Assembly: GCA_951406725.2 (NCBI GenBank)
Contig: OX597833.1
Coordinates: forward strand, 34,410,001 to 34,474,000
Reading direction: 5' to 3'
DNA: 64,000 bases
From: Octopus vulgaris
Lineage: Eukaryota
The position numbers and the translations under genes were made by a program. Shown piece after piece: positions 13,951 to 25,970 of the stretch (position 1 is its first letter; the number at the start of each line of letters is the position of its first letter). The notes beneath the pieces were generated by a model. That model did not search any database. It had not been told where the DNA came from and saw nothing but the letters and a program-made list of their open reading frames with translations.

Positions 13951-14936
13951 CCCACACATTTAAGTATTTTCAAAACTATCAATATTACAGTTATCATGCT
14001 TGAACTCTGATGGTGGGAATTAATTTTGGTGTCATATCCATTATAACTTACCCTTGAGTATAAAATATAAAATTATAGGATATTATGTTATATGGTAGGT
14101 TGTATTACATTACATATGTTATATGCTATATATTGTGTTGTATGGTGTGCTATATGTATTATTATCCCTACCTAGTTAATCTGACTTCATCCTATTTTGG
14201 CAATTACACTATTTTCTTTTCTATGAATTTTTACCCTACTAGTCATATAATGTATATTTGTAGTGATTTTATGAAAATAAGTCTCCCTTGACTAAATCCT
14301 GTAACACACAGAAACTATATAATTATACATACAATAACACCTGTAATATTACATCTTATAAAACCTTTGTTTGAATACCTTTCACAGCCCTCACTACTTC
14401 CATACCTATTACCCACCTCTTTTTAGGTTACCGTTATCTTTTCCCTGCCTCTTTATATAAATGCATATGTATTTAATATTTTCTTTAAATTCTTATTGTT
14501 TTGTTTTCTTATTTTGATATCCTTACCTTACTAATCTCTTATCCTTTATAAATTGTTACGTTTCTTGTTCTTAAATTGATATTTTTCAGTTACTTAGGTC
14601 TATGCAAAATATTTATACTATATTCTTTCATATAAGCATATATATGTGTATATGTATATATGCACACATAGATGTATGTGTGTGTGTGTATGTATATATA
14701 TAGGGGAAAATGTTTAAACCCTCTTTGTATATGTATCTATATGCATTATTTTTACACTTTACACCTACTTATATCAGTACATATTTTTGAGTATATTTAT
14801 ATTTTATACCTTATAATTAATTATATCTATGTATTACCATTATCTTATCCTGCTTCCGATTCAATAGATATGTGCATCTTTCTTGATATTCCAAATGTAA
14901 GTGGCTTGAGCAGTCTTTATAGAAGAGGTATTAAAG

Positions 14937-15095
14937 AGTTCAAATTCCGCCGAGGTCGACTTTGCCTTTCATCCTTTCGGGGTCGATAAATTAAGTACCA
15001 GTTAAGCACTGGGGTCGATATAATCGACTTAATACCTATGTCTGTCCATGTTTGTCCCCTCTATGTTCAGCCCCTTGTGGGTAATAAAGAAATAG
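14937..15095 (+). mobile_element. 5'-truncated SINE with Nin/Deu-like central domain
   Basis: gagttcaaattccgccgaggtcgactttgcctttcatcctttcggggtcgataaattaagtaccag is nearly identical to the full copy at 54722-54950. Confidence 0.75.
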
Positions 15096-15935
15096 GTATT
15101 AAACTGATCTTACATAATAGTAATCTTCCCTTTTAATGTTTATAATTGATACATGCACACCTTTTAGCTATTTTGGTTATGATATCATTTTCCGGAATTC
15201 TTAAATTTTATACAACATAACAATATTGTTTTTAAACGTTCCCTTATCGTGCCCCTAATAATATTTTCCCTGTATCTGCATCTAAAGTTTTTCTTAGTGT
15301 TTGCCCCTTTAACTGGTAATTAATATCATGATTTAAAGTCTACCCCTACCATGCCACTTTTTTATAGACAGTTACTTCTATCTAATTGACTCTTCCTAAA
15401 GTTTTGTTTTTCTCTTGAGGGGAAAGGGATACCTATGATAATATTTATGACCAATAGCTAACCATGAGCTGTCAACTCACTCTTGTTCTTTATTCTAAAT
15501 ACACTCTTCTAATAACAGATTTTAGATGAATATGCGATAAATAAATTGAAAATGAATTACACCCCTATGACCCCACTATGCTCCATTCTAAGGAATTGTA
15601 GGTTGTTTTTTTTCATTAGTCACTTTTGCTACAATAGCAACATAAATTCTTCCAGCATTCTATCTGTTGAAATTCCATATATTTTTTGTGCAGCTAAAGA
15701 TAGCACTGCATTTAAATTGATGTAATGACTGCATTGTTTTATTAAATGGAGTTGCTTGAAACGGTTGTACTGCATTACTACTTGATATCCTATTGCATAT
15801 TTTGATTTTATTCACCTTACTTTGAGCTGTGCGGATAATACTTGGTGTTTCAACTTAAGTACCTAATTCAACTGAATCTTAATTATTTCTTATATATATT
15901 TGTTAAAAATTTTTATCCTTCTGAAATTGATAAAA

Positions 15936-16874
15936 ATGTCCAACTTTTCTCTCAGGGTGCTTACACTCTGTTGTGTATGCACACTGACATTACACATCCA
16001 GTGGATCATACTAGAAGTGAAGCTAATATGATCCGCTGGATGGGTAATGTCAGCATTCATACACAACAGAGTGTAAGCGCCCTGAGAGAAAAGTTGGACA
16101 TAAGAAGCATCAAATGTCGTGTGCAAGAGAGACAACTGCACTGGTATGCTCATGTGTTACGTATGTATGAGGACAGCAGTGTGAAGAAGTGCCACTCCCT
16201 AAGTGTGGAAGAGATAAACCAAGGAAGACATGGGATGAGTTGGTGAAGCATAACTTTAAACATTGGGCCTCACAGAGGCAATGACAGGAGACCAAGACCA
16301 TTGGAGATATGCTGTGATTGAGAAGACACGGCAACTAAAGTGAGATTGCATGCATGACTGATGCCAGTGTTGCATGTCCAGGCCATTTAAGAGTACCCTT
16401 GATGCATTGGGGGATATGATATGCTTGAAAAGACCTGTCAAGTCAAGCAAAACCAAAATCGTAGCTGTGGCCAGTGCCCCCTTACTGGCTCCTGTTCCAG
16501 TGGCACATAAAAATGCACCATCTGAACATGGTCGATGCCAGGTCTGCCTAACTGGCTCCCATGCCTGTGGTACATAAAAAGCACCATCCAAATGTGGCTG
16601 ATGTCAGTACCCCTAGACTGGCTCCCATGCCAGTGACACGTAAAAAGCACTATCTGAACGTGGCCGATGCCAATACCCCCTGACTGACTCCCGTGCCGAT
16701 GGTACATAAAAAGTACCCACTACACTCGGAGTGGTTGGTGTTAGGAAGGGCATCAAGCTGTAGAAACATTGCCAGATCGGATTAGAGCCTGGTGCAGCTG
16801 CTGGCTCTCCAAACCTTAGTCAAACTGTCCAACTCATGCCAACATGGAAAATGGACATTAAAATGATGATGATG
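15936..16874 (+). mobile_element. RTE LINE 3' fragment with 5' hairpin duplication, about 60-bp tandem units and a (GAT)n tail
   Basis: Translation EANMIRWMGNVS...LREKLDIRSIKCRVQERQLHWYAHVLRM is an RTE RT C-terminus; about 4 related units at 16470-16715; ends ...ggacattaaatgatgatgatg. Confidence 0.75.
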
Positions 16875-19089
16875 AAATACCTATTAAGTACTTAACTGTC
16901 TCTTTTGAGTAGTAGCTGGCAGAATCATTATCAAACTGGATAAAATGCTAAGCGGCATTTCTCTTGGCTCTTTATGTTCTGAGTTCAAATGCTGCTGAAG
17001 TTAACTTTACCTTTCATCCTTTAGGGACCAATGAAGTAAGTACCAGTTGAATACTGGGGTCAATGTAATTGACTTCTACTCCACCTTAAAATTGCTGGTT
17101 TTGTACCAAAATTAGAAAGAATTACTGGAAAGAATGGAAATTTATAATTAACATTTTGGATATGAAAATTGTTTTCTTTCAATGGTTTCAGTCACTAGAG
17201 TGCAGCTATGTAAGGATATCACTTTTTAAGGGTTTTAGTTGATTATCAACATCCAATACTTTGTCTGATACTTACTTATTTCATTGTTTTGTAACATATT
17301 AATTGCAAAGTAGAAATAATTCAGATGGACATGAATACTGCAAGGGATTCTTGTTTGGATGTGCCATTTTCCCCTTCTATACACATATATATAAACATGC
17401 ATATATATATGTACAGTGGGCTTTTGTACAATTTCTGCATGCTAGATTTCACTAAGACACTGATCCCAAGGCTTTGAGAGAAGGTGACACTTGTCTAAAA
17501 TGGTGCACAATGGGATTGAATCCAGAACCATATGGTTGTGAAGCAAATCTGTAAACCACACAGCCATTCCTATGACCATATCTAAAGATAAAATGAAAAA
17601 AATTGTATTTTAACAATCCTCTTCAGTCTTATCAAAAATAACAAGTCAAATGAATTTTTCATAAAATTTAATAAGACTGGATGGATGACTTAAGATTCCT
17701 TTAGAACACAAACGTTATAATTTTGTAACAAAAGAAGCGGTTATTGGGGGGCTCACATTAACCCCTCAAAATTTATTTGTGTATGAAAACATGTTACCAA
17801 AAGGAATCTTTATATTTCTTAAAATGTCATTACATGATAAATCAGACATTGACTGTTGTGTTTTATTTAATCATTTATTTTGTTTTGTTCTAGATTGTAT
17901 GTAAAAAAGGTGTTTTAAAAAAAGACTTCTAAATGTGGTTTAGTTCATTGTCGAGGTGAGGTGAGTTGAAATGAAGACATTGAAATACAGGATTACAGAA
18001 AACAAGTTCATATAAGTCTCATGAGAACCAACAAAAAGTGAACTCACTACAAGACACTCTGAGTCTATGTGCGCATCTGAGTTGGTCACAGGTCAAAAAT
18101 ACTCTAAGGTGTGAATAGAGCCAACTTCATTCTTATTGGACAAGAGAGTATGTGCATGTGTATGTATATATACATGCACACACACACACACACATGTATA
18201 CAAACATACATCCTCATCATCATTTAATGAGCATTTTCCATGCTGGTATGGGCTTGACAGGAACTGATGAACAGGAGGGCTGTGCTGAGCTCCAGTGTCT
18301 TCTTAATGTCAACCATTGGATGACTTCCCCAGCTAGAAAATGGAAAATGGTCATTAAATGATGACAATGATGATGATGATGATATCCATGCATACACACA
18401 AATATATCTATCTTTATTTCTCAGAACACACATGCATGCACACACACACACAGGACAAGAAGGAGAGAGATATCTTTTACAGTTATGTTTCTTTTTCTAA
18501 ATATATATTTATATGAACTTTAAATTAGTTAGAAGATGTTTGTGACATATTGCTGCTATATTTATAAATTTATTAATCACATATGTGTGTGTATAGAAAG
18601 AAACACAGTTCCTTGGTGTCTGATGAATTAGTTGGCTATGAGTAATGCTTCCCCTTCTTATTTAACAAAATAACTAGAAGTCTTTATATATGTGTATGTC
18701 TACACATATATAAGTAACTGTAATAACTGCAACCATAGTTGAATGCTTAAGAAATTCACTTTGTAAACATGAATACCCAAGTGCAATCCAAATGCAGAGC
18801 ACCTTGGGATATACAAGCCATGTATGAGAAATTAGTTAGATGAAAATCGTGTGGACCCCCACCTCCAGTTGGATGGACTGTACTTATGGTTCAAGGGGCT
18901 TAATCTTGTCACAAAGTGTTTTACACTGGTTCTGCCTGCCAGAAGATTATGTTAAGAGTACAACTGACTGAGGAATAGTCAGTCACTTACACTATATAAT
19001 ACAATGAGAAGGTAGTTTCATTGATCAAACATTTGGATTACTCATTGTATTTAACAGACAAGTGATCTGTTCATACACATAAAGCTGCT

Positions 19090-19157
<68 letters not shown>

Positions 19158-20055
19158 ATGGGTGTGTATGTGTAATGTTTGTATATGTTTTACTATAGAA
19201 ACATTTAAATGTAATACTTAACCCAGAATGGGAGGTAAATATAGAGATGCCATTGTATTACTGGCGTTATTTTGTTATTGGTGTAATTGTAACCTCAGGT
19301 GCAAAGGGACTTGGGGCTGTTGTAGTTATAATGTGGACAGTGGAGAAATATGTACAAATAACTAATTCAAAATGGAACTAGCTATTATTTGGCAAAAATA
19401 GGACTAGAGAAGGCATTTCAAGAAATAGAAATAGCAAATATTGAAACCATTGTTAGTTAGGAAGTATTGGACAGAAACAAACCCTGGTTTCACAATTGGT
19501 TCGGAATATTCTATAATTGCAAAATTGCAGATATATACCAGTTTCTGATTAGTTTGATAAAATAATTTTAAATAGTTGTGGTGGTGGTGGTGGTGATGAT
19601 GATGATGAGGGTAATTATTGTTGTTGTTGTGATTAATGTTAGTTTCATATAATTCATGTTATATAAAAAATTTTTAAATCAGAAAAAATAGAAATAAAGA
19701 CTTTTGTTTAAAAAAATAACATTAGCGAATATTAGTGTAAAAAATAAAAGACATAAAACCCCCAAGGATACAAGTGAATTAGTTTGCCAAAAAAAAAAAG
19801 TGAATGTTTAAAATATTAACTGTTTTCAACACTAAAACCTGTAGAGAAAAAAAAAATTTACAAACAAATCAATGATAAAAAATATTTCAAATAAATAAAC
19901 ATATTGTTCAGCTTAGTTCGGCACTGGCTTTTGATGGCAACATCCAATAATCATTTGTGGATTTCATATGGCTCTCTTCATTTTGGGGATTTATTCCAAG
20001 GACAGTGATGGTTATGATGATTTGAGAGGGGCAGGGAGAAAAAAAAAAAAGTTAA

Positions 20056-20218
20056 CCCTTTAGCATTCAGATTACTCTCTCGAATGTAATGTTTATTTAT
20101 TCACATTATTTTGAATTAATTGTGTAGCTAAAACTTTCATGATGTGATTGCTTATGTTTAGAATGACATTGCAGGATAGATATGAAGGCCAGATCTGGCC
20201 AGTTTGAATGCTAAAGGG
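20056..20218. mobile_element. 163-bp piggyBac-type MITE
   Basis: TTAA at 20052-20055 and 20219-20222; perfect 14-bp TIR CCCTTTAGCATTCA / TGAATGCTAAAGGG. Confidence 0.85.
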
Positions 20219-20245
20219 TTAAAAAAATGCTTCACAGTTCAGTCT

Positions 20246-21967
20246 TTAATCACAATTATTATTTCCATCAATATTTTCATCTTGCTTCTCTCTTTTCAAT
20301 ACTTTTTCTTTACGGTGTAATCTGACTGCTTCAAAGAAGCGGTCAGAAGTAATACTACCAGGGAAGACAGGTGAACTAGTACCATTGTAACTAACTGGAC
20401 TGTTTGGACATTCAACCTGTTCAGAATAAAATTTGGTGATTTCTTCTTCAAGAGTCACTAAGCTTTCCTTCTTATCAGAGTCAAATAATTCCTGTTGGAA
20501 AGATGTCACAGTAGTTTGGTCTGGTGGAGCTGAGGTCACTATGTTTCTATCTAAACGCTCATCTAATTTATTGTCTGCAGTGATTTTATGTTTAATTTTG
20601 TTCTTCTGTGCAGTGTTTTCCTTTTGTGCACAATGTGCACTTTTCCGATGTAAAGCTAGATTACCCGACTGAGTGAATACTTTTGAGCAATCTTGACATT
20701 TAAAAGGTTTGGTGCCAGTGTGCACACGCATGTGGGTTGTGAGGTGGGCAGATAGGACAAATTTCTTTTCACAGAAGTTACATGCAAAAGGCCTCTCACC
20801 AGTATGCACTCGTGTATGGGCATCAAGATGATTCTCGTCTATGAATGATTTTGGACAAAATGTGCAACGATAGGGTCGAAGTTTTCCTTTCTCATCCCTC
20901 TTATCAGTATTGTCTATATTATAACGACAACAACGTTTATGCTTTGCTAACTGACTTGAACGTGCAAAGAAACGGTTGCACCCTGGGAATGTACACTGAA
21001 ATGGTTTCTCACCAGTATGAGTTCGAGTATGGACAGCCAAATGGCTAGAGTCAACAAAAGATTTCTCACAGTGGTCACATTTGAAGGGTTTCTCACCTGT
21101 GTGAGAACGGATGTGGAGAGTTAAATGACTGGACTGAGCAAAACTTTTATGGCAGTGTTCACACCGATAAGGTCGTTCACCACTGTGCTTGCGAAGATGA
21201 ACAATTAACTGGCCAGCATGAGTAAAAGACTTGGAACAAATGTCACAGATATGAGGTTTTACACCTGAATGTATTTTGGCATGATGTGTTAAGTCACTGG
21301 ACTGAGTGAAAGATTTGCCACAGTGTTCACATTTATAAGGTCTGTCACCTGTATGAGAACGCATGTGGACAGTGAGATGGCCTGAATATGTGAACTTTTT
21401 CTGGCAAAGCTTACACTGAAATGGTCTTTCACCAGTATGCACTCTCATGTGTGCAGCCAACTGACTTGAATACGCAAAAGCTTTATCACACATGTCGCAT
21501 TTTTGAGACTTTTCATTCGAGTGTGTTTTCTGGTGTGTCACATATGCACGAAACAGAGGGAACACCTGATCACACTGCTCACAAGGGAACACAACTTTGT
21601 TTTTATGCATCGATTTCTCATGATGTGCCAGCTTTCCTTGAGTGGAAAAGATATCTTTGCATTCGAAGCACTGGTAGACCTTGGGGGGCTTTGAATGAAC
21701 TTTCCTGTGGAGATTGAGGTAAAATGGTTTGGTGAACATTTTAGGACAGAGGTCACATTGGTACGGTTTATTTAGTGGATGGACTTGTTTACTATTTGAC
21801 ATTTCACTTGAAGCAATTATCACTTCTGGTGATGAAGCTCTCTCATCTTCTACAGAAACAAATTCACTGCTATCATTGTCCTTTGTCTGCAAGGAAAAAG
21901 AATAGTCTTTGTTCTCAAGAAAGTCTTCAACTGAAGTAATGGTATAACCTTCCATTTTGATCCACAT
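20246..21967 (-). CDS. C2H2 zinc-finger transcription factor, 573 aa, 13 fingers in one coding exon
   Basis: Intact ORF with 12 C2H2 fingers, one C2HC-type finger (CTFPGC...HKRCC) and TGE(K/R)P(F/Y) linkers; candidate 5'UTR splice acceptors on the minus strand at 22028-22029 and 22261-22262. Confidence 0.93.
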   Translation of the reverse strand: MWIKMEGYTITSVEDFLENKDYSFSLQTKDNDSSEFVSVEDERASSPEVIIASSEMSNSKQVHPLNKPYQCDLCPKMFTKPFYLNLHRKVHSKPPKVYQCFECKDIFSTQGKLAHHEKSMHKNKVVFPCEQCDQVFPLFRAYVTHQKTHSNEKSQKCDMCDKAFAYSSQLAAHMRVHTGERPFQCKLCQKKFTYSGHLTVHMRSHTGDRPYKCEHCGKSFTQSSDLTHHAKIHSGVKPHICDICSKSFTHAGQLIVHLRKHSGERPYRCEHCHKSFAQSSHLTLHIRSHTGEKPFKCDHCEKSFVDSSHLAVHTRTHTGEKPFQCTFPGCNRFFARSSQLAKHKRCCRYNIDNTDKRDEKGKLRPYRCTFCPKSFIDENHLDAHTRVHTGERPFACNFCEKKFVLSAHLTTHMRVHTGTKPFKCQDCSKVFTQSGNLALHRKSAHCAQKENTAQKNKIKHKITADNKLDERLDRNIVTSAPPDQTTVTSFQQELFDSDKKESLVTLEEEITKFYSEQVECPNSPVSYNGTSSPVFPGSITSDRFFEAVRLHRKEKVLKREKQDENIDGNNNCD

Positions 21968-22779
21968 GTGCAGAATAGTATAATAAATTATATATCACTT
22001 AGGCATATTGAAAGAGTATGAAACTACCTGAAGATATACATAATAGGGGTAAAAAAGAGGTATTTTCTTTCCATTTGATTTTGTGGTTTTTTAATGCCAG
22101 TTCTAAACCAAAGAACTTAATGGTCAGAAATCGGTTTACAGTTATATGTATACTTTAACTTTCTTGAGATGAAAGGATCAAGAAGGAAGAAATTCAAATC
22201 TTCTTTCTTATATTGGATTACTTTGATTGTCTGGGATTTCAACATTTTAACCAATTGGATCTGAAGAGAAAGAGAGAGAGAGAGAAAAAAAGCACAATAA
22301 TTAAAGAAAATAAAAATATTTGAATAATATTTTTTTTTTTATTTAACAACATTTTTAGTAGTAAAAGTGAAGTTATTGTTAAATTGTAATGAATTACTGG
22401 TGCAAGATGGCACAAGATGAATCATGAAAATCAAACAGTAAAATGGATGCAAATATATTTAATGTAGTAAGCTGAGATATTTTAATTAATTAAAATTGTG
22501 CTATAATGAGAAAAAACTATTATTACTATATTGGCCAGTTCTGGTAAAGACAACTCCCAGAGGCGGTGGAGATTGAACCTCATGTTTAGAAGTACTTTTG
22601 GCAGTCTAACCATTACTAGATAAGTGGAGGAGTATATACGATTTTTCTGAATGAACACTGAGTGTGTTAAAATTTAAATGACTGCAAGAAAATACACAAG
22701 AATGTATGCTGTATGAAACAATCAGTAAATGAGTTGTAATACTAAGTCTGTTACAGAAATGCATTACTTCATCATGCTA

Positions 22780-23700
22780 TATCTTCATTTATCTTCAGTG
22801 AAAGTTGTCTCATTGCCCTTGACATCAGAAAAGCTTTTGACCATGTTTGTTATGCAAGCCTCCTGCCAAAATTGCCTGCCTATGGGCTTTATCTACCTTT
22901 CATCTCTTGTATTGGTAGCTTCCTGTCAGACTGCACAATCACAGCCTGTGCTGATGGAGCTCTCTGACCCTATCAACCCTGGAGTACTCCAAGATTGTTT
23001 CCCCTCCATACCCTTTCTCTTACACATCAACGACATACTTGTCATCATCTCCAAAACATCCACTCTTATGCAGATATCACCTTTCATTCTACATGCAACC
23101 TAAAATACTTTATCCAAAATCTGTACTGACTCTATGAACAAAGACCTAAGAAACATCCACAATGGGCTCAAGCCAACCTTATCTCCTTCAATGGAGAGAA
23201 AATGAAAAAACCTCTTATTGATATCAAGAAAACATCATTGTACCTCACCTTACTGAAATATAAACAGCATACAATGGAAGTTCTTTTGATTGTTCTAAAT
23301 GCTAAGCCTTTCTGTCAATGAAGATCTCTCTTAACAAACACACTTTCTCAACATATCAAAGACATCTCAAAGAATATTGGCTCTTCTCTGCAGAGCCAGA
23401 AAATGCTTCAACCCTAAAAATACAGACCCTCAACAAAGCTCCAGTGAGAATCACAAAAGAATACTACTGTCATATCTAAGATGGTGTTGCTACTATACTC
23501 AGAGACATCCTAGGCAATATGCAGAGAAAGGTCACTAAACTGATTGGCATAAAGTCCATCACAGACTTCTTGCTTTTTCCATTGTATCTCAATAGACTCT
23601 ACTCTTCAGAGTTGGCTGGTTTTGTGTCACCTTCACTCAAGCTCCCTCAACTCACCTCCTCTCCTCTTATCAAGGATGTTGTGTCTACCCTTTATCTCAA
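22780..23700 (+). mobile_element. Highly degenerate CR1/Jockey-group LINE RT remnant
   Basis: Pieces read IALDIRKAFDHV...LLPKLPAYG, GVLQ...FLLHINDIL and HSYAD across frameshifts. Confidence 0.6.
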
Positions 23701-23726
23701 GAAATATGAACTGTAATTTATTTGGG

Positions 23727-24162
23727 AAAAGAATTACATTTATAGCATGGAAGGTGTTTATAAGCCATTTAAGAAACGCACAAAACCGTTAGATTCACTT
23801 CAACATTTAAATTTAATTTGTCAAAATATTTTTGTTGCTTTGAGACCGCAACCTGTTCACTGACAAGCACGAAGTTTTGAAAAGAATTACATTTATAGCA
23901 TGGAAGGTGTTTATAAGCCATTTAAGAAACACACAAATCCGTTAGATTCACTTCACCATTTAAATTTAATTTGTCAAAATATTTTCGTCGCTTTGAGACC
24001 GCGACCTGTTCACTGACAAAACTTCGTGCTTGTCAGTGAACAGGTCGCGGTCTCAAAGCGACGAAAATATTTTGACAAATTAAATTTAAATGTTGAAGTG
24101 AATCTAACGGCTTTGTGTGTTTCTTAAATGGCTTATAAACACCTTCCATGCTATAAATGTAA
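23727..24162. repeat. Direct plus inverted repeat of an about 150-bp unit (Penelope pseudo-LTR-like)
   Basis: Unit aaaagaattacatttatagcatggaagg...cactgacaa occurs at about 23727-23880 and 23880-24020, then in reverse complement at 24018-24162; the same family forms a hairpin at 54248-54420. Confidence 0.8.
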
Positions 24163-25533
24163 TGGTGTATAATAGTGTCAAACAGGGAGATATTCCTGCC
24201 CCTACACTTTTCTCTATTTATTTTCTTGCATTCCTTTGGTATACTTTCAAGGATTGCAACAGAGGAATCGGAATCAGATTTCGGACATCTGGTCATTTTT
24301 AATTTGACCCAGTTTAACTGCAAAGCAAAAACTTTCATAATACTTGTTAGAGAATTACTTTATGCTGATGATGCTGATTTGTTGGCACACTCAGGGGGGG
24401 ATATGCAGCATTTAATGGACAGATATTCCACTGTGTGAGTACATTTCAGACTTTCAATTAGTCTGGGGAAAACCAAAGTAATGTTTACTCCGGTGCCAGG
24501 ACAAACATATCCTGAACCAAACATTTTTCTGAATGGAACAAGGTTAGCAGTTGTTGACACCTTTGTTTACCTAGGAAGCACACTGTCAAGAGATGGCAGT
24601 CTTGATGCAGAGATATACTATCGAATAAGGAAAAGAAGTGTTGCATTTGGAAAGCTCGAAAAGCAAGTATGGGCGGATAGAGGTATTTCTCTGCAGAAAA
24701 AAATCAATATCTATAAAGCATGAGTATTGTCAGCACTTCTTCATTCAAGTGAGACATGGATCACTTACAAGTATCATACAAAAATGCTGGAGAGATTTCA
24801 TCAAAAGTGCCTCAGATGTATCTTCGGAGTCAAGTGGGAATGTTTCATACCAGATACAGAGGTTTTGCGCATATCTTGGCTCAAATGAGATGGACTGGAT
24901 ATGTTATTAGAATGAAAGATGAGTGTTTGCCAAAGCATCTTTTTTATGGTGAGCTCAACTCTGGTAAGTGACCACAACATAAGCCAAGGAAAAGGTATAA
25001 AGACTGTGTGAAGGAAAACCTGAAGAAACTAGATATGAACAAAAGTGATTGGAAAAATGATGTTCTAGATCGGAACAAGCGGAGAGGTGCTATCAGGACT
25101 GGTTGCAATGCTTAGGAGGAAAAGATGATTCAGCACTCTGAACCTGAAAGGGCCTGTCACAAAGGAACAACTGGAACTGTAATCAACAGTGAACATTGGA
25201 CGTGTATTATATGTGACCATGTTCTGTTGTCAGAAGCAAGATATGTGAATCATGAAGTCACATAAAAATCCTAATTCCCAGATAGGTAATGATCTTGGAC
25301 ACCAACCGCCTCTTATGACTTGTGTCATATATCAAAAAACTTGCAAGACAATATCTGGACTTAAAAGACATATGCCAGTTCATAAAAACATTCCTTCAGA
25401 ATCAGATTCAAAAGGGCAAGGATATGGAAGGAACTTGAAAAATATGTGTCACTTGTGTTTTAAGCTCTGTCAGTCAGCAGCTGGTCTTAAAAGTCATCTA
25501 AGGGCACATCAACGGAGTGATTGTGTTGTGTGA
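24163..25533 (+). mobile_element. 5'-truncated RTE/BovB-like LINE with C-terminal C2H2 fingers
   Basis: VKQGDIPAPTLFSIYF, RELLYADDADL, KTKVMF...FVYLGSTLS, RWTGYVIRM...PKHLFYGEL, then finger-like motifs CIICDH, CVIYQKTCKTISGLKRHMPVH and CHLCFKLCQSAAGLKSHLRAH. Confidence 0.88.
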
Positions 25534-25611
25534 TGGGGTGGGGTGTGTGTGGGTGTTGATGGGATGGCTATAACCAGTCAAGATGAAGCAATCATTATGT
25601 ATACATATATA

Positions 25612-25970
25612 TATTCACATGCACTTCTAGCAACATCATTTACTGCATCTCCCGCTCTTTCTGTCCTCTATATCATCAGTCAAATGGGATGCCACTCGGC
25701 TGACCAGTTCGCAGAACACCTCCGAGACATTAGACTCAACAACAACACCCTGGTCTCATGCCATTTCCGCTCTACCGGTCATTCATTACAACACATGTCT
25801 GTGTTTGAATTGTCTTTGCACAAGGGTCATCCAGACTCCCGCCTTCAACGTGAACAGGAATTAATCTTTTTCTTCACTCCTTTGCGCCACATGGGCACAA
25901 CTCCTCTCCCCTCTTCATCTAACTCCCCCGTCTCTCCTCTCTTCACTCCTACTCCACCCCTACTCCCTCA
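25612..25970 (+). mobile_element. Penelope-like element GIY-YIG endonuclease fragment
   Basis: FTCTSSNIIYCI...LYIISQ...FAEHLRDIRL...HFRSTGHS...REQELIF; homologous to 35005-35240. Confidence 0.75.
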
